The notes under the pieces were generated by a model. The model ran no database searches. It was not told where the DNA came from and worked only from the letters and a program-made list of their open reading frames with translations. From assembly GCA_001783525.1 (NCBI GenBank), contig MFMS01000006.1, forward strand, positions 21,074-85,073: a DNA stretch of 64,000 nucleotides, given 5' to 3'. The stretch comes from Candidatus Kaiserbacteria bacterium RIFOXYB1_FULL_46_14. GTDB lineage: Bacteria; Patescibacteriota; Minisyncoccia; Phycocordibacterales; UBA918. Made by a program: the position numbers and the translations under genes. Shown here piece after piece: positions 57,508 to 64,000 of this stretch (position 1 is the stretch's first letter; every line of letters begins with the position of its first letter).

Positions 57508-57579
57508 TGCTCCCGCCAGGAATCGAACCTGAATCGCAGGTACCGCAAACCTGCATTCTATCCATTAAACTACGGGAGC
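57508..57579 (-). tRNA. tRNA-Arg(GCG)
   Basis: Acceptor GCTCCCG/CGGGAGC; anticodon stem CAGGT/ACCTG with loop TTGCGGT; T-loop GGTTCGATTCC. Confidence 0.7.
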
Positions 57580-57660
57580 AGCTGCTTCGTAGAAGCGAAG
57601 CGATAATACCACAGATTTTTTACAAAAGTAACCGTCTTGCGAGACGGTTACAGTGTGCTG

Positions 57661-57747
57661 CGGAAGCGGTGAGATTCGAACTCACGGTCCCCGTTAAGAG
57701 ACTCCTGTTTTCAAGACAGGTGCAATCGACCACTCTGCCACGCTTCC
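57661..57747 (-). tRNA. tRNA-Ser(TGA)
   Basis: Acceptor GGAAGCG/CGCTTCC; anticodon loop CTTGAAA; long variable arm (AGTCTCTTAACGGGGACC); T-loop GGTTCGAATCTC. Confidence 0.85.
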
Positions 57748-57803
57748 GTGAACACGATACTAACAAAAAAATGCAATTATCCAAAATGTGATAATCTAGC
57801 GAT

Positions 57804-58184
57804 ATGCGATTAATGGGAATTGATTACGGTACAAAGCGGGTTGGGGTAGCTCTTTCTGACGAGAGCGGCAGGATGGCTTTTCCCCATATTGTGCTCGATA
57901 ATGACGGTAAACTCCTTGAACAGTTAGAGAAAATTATCAAAGAAAGAGCAGTGGGGGAGATTGTGATCGGACATTCGCTTGATCGATCGGGCCGACCAAA
58001 TGCCGTCCATGGTGAAGTGGAAGAATTGATTGGAGATCTTACTCTGCGAGTAGGTTTGCCGATTCATCTAGAGGCCGAACAGTATTCGACTCAAGAGGCC
58101 TTACGAGATCAGGGGCGTACTGCACAGACCGACGCGTCTGCGGCAGCCATCATATTGAATAGTTTTATAACCAAGAAAAAATGA
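57804..58184 (+). CDS. ruvX: Putative pre-16S rRNA nuclease / Holliday junction resolvase-like YqgF (RuvX)
   Basis: MRLMGIDYGTKRVGVALSD...; ~126 aa. Confidence 0.85.
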   Translation: MRLMGIDYGTKRVGVALSDESGRMAFPHIVLDNDGKLLEQLEKIIKERAVGEIVIGHSLDRSGRPNAVHGEVEELIGDLTLRVGLPIHLEAEQYSTQEALRDQGRTAQTDASAAAIILNSFITKKK

Positions 58185-58525
58185 TAAGTTACGATGATTT
58201 TGCGAAGCTTGAGATAAAGATCGGTACGATTGTTGCGGTTGAGGTGATTGAAGATGCAGACAAACTTCTAAAACTAACGGTTGATCTTGGTGAAGTTGAT
58301 GAAAATAATGAACCGAAACAGCGACAGATCGTTTCTGGTATTCGTCCGTATTTTGAAGACCCTCAAGTCTTAGTAGGGAGACAGTGCCCGTTCCTTACCA
58401 ACCTTGAACCACGGGTTATTCGTGGCTTTGAAAGCCAAGGGATGATCTTAGCTGCCAGCGCAGACGAAATCTTTGCATTGCTCCATCCGAGTACCTCACT
58501 ACCAGCAGGCACCAAGGTAAAATAA
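58181..58525 (+). CDS. csaA: tRNA-binding protein (CsaA/Trbp111, EMAP-fold)
   Basis: DFAKLEIKIGTIVAVEV...KLLKLTVDLGE...RQIVSGIRPYF...GFESQGMILAA. Confidence 0.8.
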   Translation: MISYDDFAKLEIKIGTIVAVEVIEDADKLLKLTVDLGEVDENNEPKQRQIVSGIRPYFEDPQVLVGRQCPFLTNLEPRVIRGFESQGMILAASADEIFALLHPSTSLPAGTKVK

Positions 58526-58529
58526 TCAG

Positions 58530-59228
58530 ATGAATATTGAAGTTGATACACAGTCGCGCAATAAGGCCGAGTTCTACTCGGCTCTGGTTTGGATAATAGC
58601 CGGCGTTTCGCTAGTCATTTTTTGTGTTCTGGGATTGTTGAATACTGCGGTTCCTGGAGTCGCGGAACTTGTTGCGATGCTGTCCTCAATTGATAGCAAA
58701 TATGTATATGTGGCCGCCTTCGTTTCTATTTTTGTTGAAGGCCTATATTTCTTTGGCAGTTTCTTCCCAGGATCGACTCTGATTATAATCTTGACGCTAC
58801 TCTCGCAGCTATCTGGGCCAGTAGTCTTCGTGGGCACTATCTTGTCTGTATTTTTGGGTTGGTGTCTGGCGAGTTTGGTCAACATTTGGTTGGCGAAAAC
58901 TTATCATTTTAAAGTAGCTCGTTTGGGGGAAAACAGTGACTATAAAATCGAGGATCGTCTTTGGACTACTTGGTTCCCAGCCTTTAGAGCCAACTATGAA
59001 GTGGCACAGGTAACAGCAGGGGGTAATCCCGTCAAAGTTTTTTGGTCTTCGGTTCGAGTAAAGTTTTGGGCTAGTCTAGCTTCGGCAGGAGTGCTGTTGG
59101 TAGTGCCATACTTTGTGGACATCAATCAGATAAGTAACGAAGAGGGCTTTCTTTCAGTTGCGGCGGTAGCAGTAATAAGTTTCGGTGTAGGGTTTGTGAA
59201 AATGCGAAAGTATTTTCGTAGAGACTAG
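58530..59228 (+). CDS. Hypothetical polytopic membrane protein
   Basis: Five or more TM helices; weak resemblance to the DedA/VTT family. Confidence 0.35.
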   Translation: MNIEVDTQSRNKAEFYSALVWIIAGVSLVIFCVLGLLNTAVPGVAELVAMLSSIDSKYVYVAAFVSIFVEGLYFFGSFFPGSTLIIILTLLSQLSGPVVFVGTILSVFLGWCLASLVNIWLAKTYHFKVARLGENSDYKIEDRLWTTWFPAFRANYEVAQVTAGGNPVKVFWSSVRVKFWASLASAGVLLVVPYFVDINQISNEEGFLSVAAVAVISFGVGFVKMRKYFRRD

Positions 59229-59274
59229 TAGTGTGGGACAAAAAGACTCGACCAAGGCCGAGTCTTTTTATTTG

Positions 59275-59346
59275 TGCCCCCGCTAGGAATCGAACCTAGA
59301 ATAACGGCTTAGAAGTCCGCAGTTATATCCATTTAACTACAGGGGC
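59275..59346 (-). tRNA. tRNA-Arg(TCT)
   Basis: Acceptor GCCCCTG/CGGGGGC; anticodon loop CTTCTAA; T-loop GGTTCGATTCC. Confidence 0.8.
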
Positions 59347-59558
59347 GAACGAGGAGGCAAATGAAAGTTTACTTGCATTTAAGCTCCGAGTGAAGACCCT
59401 GAAAGAAATTTTGTGAAGCGTTAGCGCAAACAAAACTTTCTTACAGGGGCGAACGAACAAGTGCACTTAAGATCCGAACATAACCCTAGCAGATTTTTTG
59501 GGTTTCGAGAATGGGTCATCTCCAGAGGTGTCGAATTTGACATTGACAGACATAATTA

Positions 59559-59876
59559 ATGGTAGTTACATATACCACTGGATCTGTAGCTAAGGAGGAA
59601 GTCATGTTCTGGTTCTTTGTGTTTTTTCAACGTCTTACACATGCCACTTATGAGGTGGATGTGGCAAATTGTACGAAAGATCAAGTCGTTGAGCGCTGTG
59701 AGTCGCTCTTCAAAAATCCGCGAAATGCTGTAGTCGCTACGTCCAGTGACGGTATTCATCACTGGGGAATTCGCAACCTCAGCGCCTTGTGTGCCTTGTG
59801 TGAGCGGACTTCTATTGTCAGTGTTATGTCGATTTCAAATTCGGAAATCGACAAGTTGGTACCAAGTATTGGTTAA
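59559..59876 (+). CDS. Hypothetical small protein (105 aa)
   Basis: Cys-containing; followed by terminator gaaggggaccccaaaggtatggggtcctttatttt at ~59888-59925. Confidence 0.35.
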   Translation: MVVTYTTGSVAKEEVMFWFFVFFQRLTHATYEVDVANCTKDQVVERCESLFKNPRNAVVATSSDGIHHWGIRNLSALCALCERTSIVSVMSISNSEIDKLVPSIG

Positions 59877-60018
59877 TCCAACAAGATCTTTTGTAGAAGG
59901 GGACCCCAAAGGTATGGGGTCCTTTATTTTATCCCAAGAGCAGGAATGCTATTGACTTTTATATATAAATATGCTATCCTGAAACAGATAGAAATGGCTA
60001 TTTGTAAGGAGTAAAGCC

Positions 60019-60192
60019 ATGGAAAAGTTATTTTTCACAGAGTCTGGGGTATTGAGAATCCGTTGGTGGCCGCTTCTCGGAGTGGCAGTATGGATTATCT
60101 GGGTCGCCGTGTCGCTTGGGATGGCGGCATCTGGGGCCTCAGGGCGAGCAGACCCGTTCATTCACGCCCCGTTGTACTGGATGTTCGGCTAA
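60019..60192 (+). CDS. Small hydrophobic peptide (57 aa)
   Basis: SD AAGGAG 8 nt upstream of ATG; MEKLFFTESGVLRIRWWPLLGVAVWIIWVAVSLGMAASGASGRADPFIHAPLYWMFG. Strong terminator ggccgtcgatcac-ttgt-gatcgacggcc + T8 at 60208-60247. Below the ORF-track cutoff. Confidence 0.5.
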   Translation: MEKLFFTESGVLRIRWWPLLGVAVWIIWVAVSLGMAASGASGRADPFIHAPLYWMFG

Positions 60193-60456
60193 TGCCGAAC
60201 ATCCAAAGGCCGTCGATCACTTGTGATCGACGGCCTTTTATTTTTTGAATAGGGGAGGGGGTTTCATGAGGGATTTGATCCTTACTTTCAAATGAGCGAG
60301 CGAAATGAACAAATGCTCTTGTTCATTTCCAAGCGAATGAGGAAAGAAAGCTATACTTACAGGATCAGTACACCTTTTGTATATTTTATTTCGTTGTTAC
60401 TCATAAAATATCTCAAAAGGTTTTCAAATCCCTACGCACGTGCGGCGGGGTACGTG

Positions 60457-60518
60457 CTCATCGCCCACAAATAAAAACCGCACACGTACGTGTGCGGTTT
60501 TTATTTGTGGGCGATGAG
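60457..60518. terminator. Perfect 30-2-30 palindrome / bidirectional terminator incorporating the tRNA-Val 3' end
   Basis: ctcatcgcccacaaataaaaaccgcacacg-ta-cgtgtgcggtttttatttgtgggcgatgag. The right-arm 3' 11 nt are the tRNA-Val acceptor 3' strand. Confidence 0.7.
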
Positions 60519-60580
60519 GGATTTGAACCCCCGACCTTCGCTGTGTAAAAGCGCTGCTCTACCAACTGAGCTAATCGCCC
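60508..60580 (-). tRNA. tRNA-Val(TAC)
   Basis: GGGCGATTAGCTCAGTTGGTAGAGCA...TTTACAC...GGTTCAAATCCC...ATCGCCCA, the canonical Val(UAC) pattern. Confidence 0.85.
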
Positions 60581-60625
60581 GTCCTGGACCGCTACATAGT
60601 ACAAGTTTTTTGAATTATTTCAATA

Positions 60626-60937
60626 ATGAAGGAAACTCGTATAGTATTTAGGCGAATCGCTATGTTGGAGATACAGTGCTTAATTAATGGTAAGGTACAG
60701 GGTGTTGCATATCGTACCTATGTGCAGGATTCGGCCACGGCTCTTAATCTAACTGGTTATGCGCGCAATTTGCCTGACGGCACGGTGGAGGTTGTTGCAC
60801 AAGGCGATCCAACAATCTTAAAAGAGTTTGTTGAGCATCTTCACGAAGGATCATTGTTGGCCGTGGTTGAGGGGGTTGCGGTAGAATGGCACACGGCTAA
60901 AAAAGAATTGGATGATTTCTCAATAAAGCATACTTAG
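60626..60937 (+). CDS. acyP: Acylphosphatase
   Basis: GKVQGVAYRTYV and GYARNLPDGTVEVVAQG motifs. Start may be Met 60662. Confidence 0.8.
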   Translation: MKETRIVFRRIAMLEIQCLINGKVQGVAYRTYVQDSATALNLTGYARNLPDGTVEVVAQGDPTILKEFVEHLHEGSLLAVVEGVAVEWHTAKKELDDFSIKHT

Positions 60938-60941
60938 AGAC

Positions 60942-61679
60942 ATGGAAGAACCAAAAATAATTTTTGAAAACGACGACGTGTTGGTAATAGACAAGCCAAT
61001 TGGTTTGGCTGCGCACGGAGAAGGAGCTGATCCTGCCGGCACGGTGGTGGAATGGTTTTTACGCCGCGTGCCTGCGGCACGCGGCGTCGGAGAACCACGC
61101 GTTGGTAAAGATGGTAAAGAGATTGAGCGCAGCGGTATCGTGCATCGTCTTGATCGCGACACTTCAGGTGTAATGATCTTAGTCAAGACACAGGCATCCT
61201 TTGATCATCTGAAGGGTGAGTTTTTGGAGAGACGAGTTAAGAAAGAGTATCGCGCATTGGTGTACGGGGCGATGAAGGAGCGTTGGGGAACAATAAATCG
61301 ATCAATTGGCCGCAGTACCAAAGACTGGAAGCTTCGTTCGGCTGATCGGGGAGCGCGCGGGCACTTGCGCGAGGCGGTGACGGAATGGGAATGCTTACAG
61401 ATCGGACAGTATCAGGAGCTAGCCTTTTCTTATGTAAAGCTTCGACCGAAGACTGGTCGCATGCACCAGCTAAGAGTCCATCTAAAGGCAATTGGTCGCC
61501 CGATCGTGGGCGATCAACTCTATGCTGGCAACCAGTTGGGGACGGGTGATGACCTCGGTCTTAAAAGATTGGCCCTGCATGCCTTTTCTTTGACGATAGC
61601 GCTACCTTCTGGTGAAGATAAATCATTTGAAACACCGTTGCCACCGGAGCTTTCGGGCGCTATTGAACTTCTCGGTTAA
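60942..61679 (+). CDS. RluA-family pseudouridine synthase
   Basis: [13 protein letters not shown] catalytic Asp motif; 245 aa. Confidence 0.85.
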   Translation: MEEPKIIFENDDVLVIDKPIGLAAHGEGADPAGTVVEWFLRRVPAARGVGEPRVGKDGKEIERSGIVHRLDRDTSGVMILVKTQASFDHLKGEFLERRVKKEYRALVYGAMKERWGTINRSIGRSTKDWKLRSADRGARGHLREAVTEWECLQIGQYQELAFSYVKLRPKTGRMHQLRVHLKAIGRPIVGDQLYAGNQLGTGDDLGLKRLALHAFSLTIALPSGEDKSFETPLPPELSGAIELLG

Positions 61680-61716
61680 TAGTGTTAGAGTACGCCCACT
61701 TTTTAAGACAGTATTT

Positions 61717-62253
61717 ATGAATTCTACTTTGGCAGGCATTTCTATTTCACCGGTCAACATGACCGATCGTAAGGCACTAGGTATTCGTGCCGGTGATACC
61801 GTGCGTGTTCACCAGAAGATCGAAGAAAAGGGCAAGACTCGCCTCCAGATATTCGAAGGTGTGGTATTGGCACGAAAGCATGGTGACGAGCCAGGTGCCA
61901 CTTTCACCGTACGCAAGGTTGCTTCAGGTGTGGGAGTTGAGAAGATTTACCCACTTTATTCTCCTTTGATCGACAAGATCGAGATTGTTAAGCGTTCTAA
62001 GGTACGTCGCGCTAAGCTCTACTTCATCCGCGATAAGGTAGCCCGCGAGATCAAGCGTCAGATGCGTCGCATGACCATCGTTGCTTTTGGTACTGAGTCC
62101 GAAATGGAAGCATCGGCGCGCGCTGAACAAGAAGCTAAGGCCGCAGAAGAAGCCGCCAAGAAAGCAGAAGAGGAAGCATTGAAGGAAGTTGTCGTAGAGG
62201 AGGCACCAGCTGAGGAGACTCCAGTTGCAGAAGAAGGGGAGAAGAAGGAGTAA
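61717..62253 (+). CDS. rplS: 50S ribosomal protein L19 with a Lys/Glu/Ala-rich C-terminal extension
   Basis: [81 protein letters not shown]. Start at Met 61717. Confidence 0.88.
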   Translation: MNSTLAGISISPVNMTDRKALGIRAGDTVRVHQKIEEKGKTRLQIFEGVVLARKHGDEPGATFTVRKVASGVGVEKIYPLYSPLIDKIEIVKRSKVRRAKLYFIRDKVAREIKRQMRRMTIVAFGTESEMEASARAEQEAKAAEEAAKKAEEEALKEVVVEEAPAEETPVAEEGEKKE

Positions 62254-62267
62254 ATTTTTACTTACGG

Positions 62268-62308
62268 AAAACAAAGAGCGGCGCCAAAGGCGCCGCTCTT
62301 TGTTTTCC
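62268..62308 (+). terminator. Rho-independent terminator
   Basis: aaaacaaagagcggcgcc-aaa-ggcgccgctctttgtttt. Confidence 0.85.
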
Positions 62309-62363
62309 TTTGCTTGAAAATACTAAGAATGTTGCGTACAATCGGCGGGTCGCATCCGCGAAT

Positions 62364-62445
62364 GCCCAGGTGTTGAAATTGGTAGACAAGCTACCTTGAG
62401 GTGGTAGTGCCGAAAGGCGTGCTGGTTCAAGTCCAGTCCTGGGCA
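62364..62445 (+). tRNA. tRNA-Leu(GAG)
   Basis: Acceptor GCCCAGG/CCTGGGC; anticodon loop TTGAGGT; long variable arm; T-loop GGTTCAAGTCC. Confidence 0.85.
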
Positions 62446-62628
62446 CAAAACGTTAAAGAAAACAGTGCCTGCGCACTGTTTTCTAGTTTTGTGAACCGGA
62501 GACATGTTTTCGTTTCTTTTACTAGAAACAAAAACAATCGAGGTCGGGGAGAAAGTGCTTAGTAGAATTGGAGCGAAGTGAACAATTATACTTAGCAACT
62601 TGACCCCAAAAAACAAATAAAAAATCGC

Positions 62629-62651
62629 GGCCGAGAGCCGCGATTTTTTTA
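62629..62651. terminator. Bidirectional terminator
   Basis: aaaaaatcgcggc-cgaga-gccgcgattttttt. Confidence 0.8.
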
Positions 62652-63161
62652 TTTATCAACCTCGATGAGGTGCTTGAGATAGGTTGTGAGATGCCCTCCA
62701 GGGGTGTCGTAGTGGCCGCTCATGCGTTTGATTGCCTCTGGCCCTAGAATATTGAGCGCGAGACCAAATCCTTCTGGGGATTCTTTGATACGGGGCAAAG
62801 CAGTGCGTCTTATACCAAAGCAGACGAGAGCTGGTTCTTTCGCGTCGTTTTGATTGTCTGAATAGTGTCCAGCCAATGCTAGGTCAGCCCCTTTTTCAAA
62901 TGAGTCGATCATCTCTTTGAGTAAGCCAGGCGGTTCTTTTAACTCGCCATCGATAATGATAAGCACATCACCTTTGATGCGATCTAAGTCTTCGGCCACC
63001 TCCTTGATGTGGGAACGGTCAACTGCCACTATTTCGTAAAGTGCGTTTGTCTCATCATCAAATATCGCACTTAGTGATTTGATCTGATTATCTAAAATAG
63101 CCTGGTCTGCGATCCAGGGAATGATGAGCGAGTAGCGGGGTGTGGTTTGGGAACTTTCCAT
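62649..63161 (-). CDS. Glycosyltransferase family 2-like protein (short)
   Basis: YSLIIPW...YEIVAVDRSHIKEV...GDVLIIIDGELKEPPGLLKEMIDSFEKGADLALAG resembles the GT2 DxD region. Only 170 aa. Confidence 0.45.
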   Translation of the reverse strand: MESSQTTPRYSLIIPWIADQAILDNQIKSLSAIFDDETNALYEIVAVDRSHIKEVAEDLDRIKGDVLIIIDGELKEPPGLLKEMIDSFEKGADLALAGHYSDNQNDAKEPALVCFGIRRTALPRIKESPEGFGLALNILGPEAIKRMSGHYDTPGGHLTTYLKHLIEVDK

Positions 63162-63281
63162 TGAGTCAATTATATGTCGGACTCGTTATTTCCCTGTGGT
63201 ACAAGGGGGATAGTGAAAATGACGTTTTGCTTGCTCTTGTCGCCCAGAACGCAAAAACTCCCCGAAGGGAGTTTTCATTTG

Positions 63282-63353
63282 GGCGACTAGAGAGAATCGA
63301 ACTCTCGACACAGGATCCACAAACCTGAGTTTTACCACTAAACTATAGTCGCC
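63282..63353 (-). tRNA. tRNA-His(GTG)
   Basis: Encoded G-1 opposite discriminator C73; acceptor GCGACTA/TAGTCGC; anticodon loop TTGTGGA; T-loop GAGTTCGATTCTC. Minus-sense terminator hairpin aaaactcccttcggggagtttt downstream. Confidence 0.8.
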
Positions 63354-63508
63354 ATGTGGCATGATTTATAACTGTTTTTGACGGAATAGTCTAGTATAAT
63401 CATGGCAATATGGATGATGAAGGACGCAAATTAGTAATAGTGATTCTATTCGTCTTCGGGGCGGCAGTCGGATTTTATTTGTCGCGACTATTTTTTTAGA
63501 ATCGATTT

Positions 63509-64000
63509 CTAACTAGTCTCTCCAGCTTGGTGTTGATCTGTCTCTAACTGGCCGTGGCCAAATGTTTCATGTGTGTAGATCAGCACTCCCGTCATCACCA
63601 CGAACCCCATAACAATAGAACTAAACGTGTACCAAAAACTTTGATAATTTTTTAGGTTGCCATGTACACGAGGTAAGAGGTCGGTAGCGGCGATGTAAAG
63701 AAGGTTGCCAGCGGCGAGACCGGTGATTATCCAGATATATTCCTCTAAGGTGGCGGCGAGGAGAATGGTGATCACCGTACCGACAATTATCGAAGAGGCA
63801 GATAAAAGGTTTCGCCAAGCGGCCTCGAAGCGACTGTATCCACCGCGAATCAAAACACCGAACTCAACTATTTCTTGCGGTATCTCATGGAGAGCAAGAC
63901 CGACCGCGACCGCGATACCGAGAGTTGGATCAATTAAGAAAGCGCTACCTAAGATAACGCCGTCGGCGAGATTGTGAATGGCGTCACCAATAAGGAGTAG
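63509..64000 (-). CDS. zupT: ZIP-family metal transporter (ZupT-like), N-terminal part lies beyond the window end
   Basis: Minus-strand reading from the window edge: ...HNLADGVILGSAF...LALHEIPQEIVEFGVL... (ZIP signature), TM-rich. Stop at 63509. Confidence 0.7.
   Translation of the reverse strand, partial: LLLIGDAIHNLADGVILGSAFLIDPTLGIAVAVGLALHEIPQEIVEFGVLIRGGYSRFEAAWRNLLSASSIIVGTVITILLAATLEEYIWIITGLAAGNLLYIAATDLLPRVHGNLKNYQSFWYTFSSIVMGFVVMTGVLIYTHETFGHGQLETDQHQAGETS

Noticed and set aside
59352-59393. 10-codon ORF (MKVYLHLSSE) with a perfect GAGGAGG SD just upstream of tRNA-Arg(TCT) on the opposite strand
   Set aside because: It is too short to call. It lies in the presumed promoter region of the minus-strand tRNA. 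It is noted only as a possible leader peptide or chance SD.
1-64000. CRISPR arrays, rRNA genes, intact transposases or integrases
   Set aside because: No spaced direct-repeat arrays were seen, and no rRNA-like conserved blocks. No ORF with DDE/transposase or tyrosine-recombinase motifs was recognised. The mobile-element signals are limited to att-like repeat scars.

Overview
This 64-kb window looks like a small-genome, Shine-Dalgarno-poor bacterium of the Patescibacteria/CPR type, possibly Saccharibacteria-like; that assignment is an inference from gene content and style. It spans the chromosomal replication origin. rpmH-rnpA-yidC sit on the minus strand, dnaA-dnaN diverge on the plus strand, and clusters of DnaA-box 9-mers flank dnaA. 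The rest is mostly housekeeping: CCA enzyme, xthA, mltG, csp, rpsO, yifB, a LysM/M23 peptidase, pcrA/uvrD, rsmA, PBP1A, tyrS, ruvC-yebC-ruvB, pilB, tsaE, polA, rpsT, ruvX, rplS and nine tRNA genes. An accessory block at 17.3-29.3 kb encodes a conjugation/type IV secretion-like apparatus: a PrgI-like protein, a VirB4 ATPase that is split into two ORFs in different frames, a VirB6-like polytopic membrane protein, a pilin-like protein and several secreted proteins. The most unusual signals are RNA- or DNA-level. (1) Directly downstream of tRNA-Lys lie two tandem ~99-nt units, each ending in a copy of the tRNA 3'-terminal 14 nt and each holding a 16-bp hairpin whose stem sequence differs between units while pairing is kept. 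(2) Three tRNA genes are followed by long, near-perfect palindromes (24-30 bp arms) that incorporate the tRNA acceptor 3' end. (3) A higher-GC ~1.7 kb islet beside tRNA-Lys encodes small secreted proteins behind a perfect consensus sigma70 promoter. (4) Fragments of gene 3' ends (the M23 peptidase C-terminus twice, and the C-terminus of a T4SS-locus gene) and copies of tRNA ends indicate past recombination or integration. (5) A perfect 10-5-10 palindrome abuts a start codon. (6) A ~450-nt non-coding stretch bounded by a strong terminator may be an ncRNA. No CRISPR array or rRNA gene is present.
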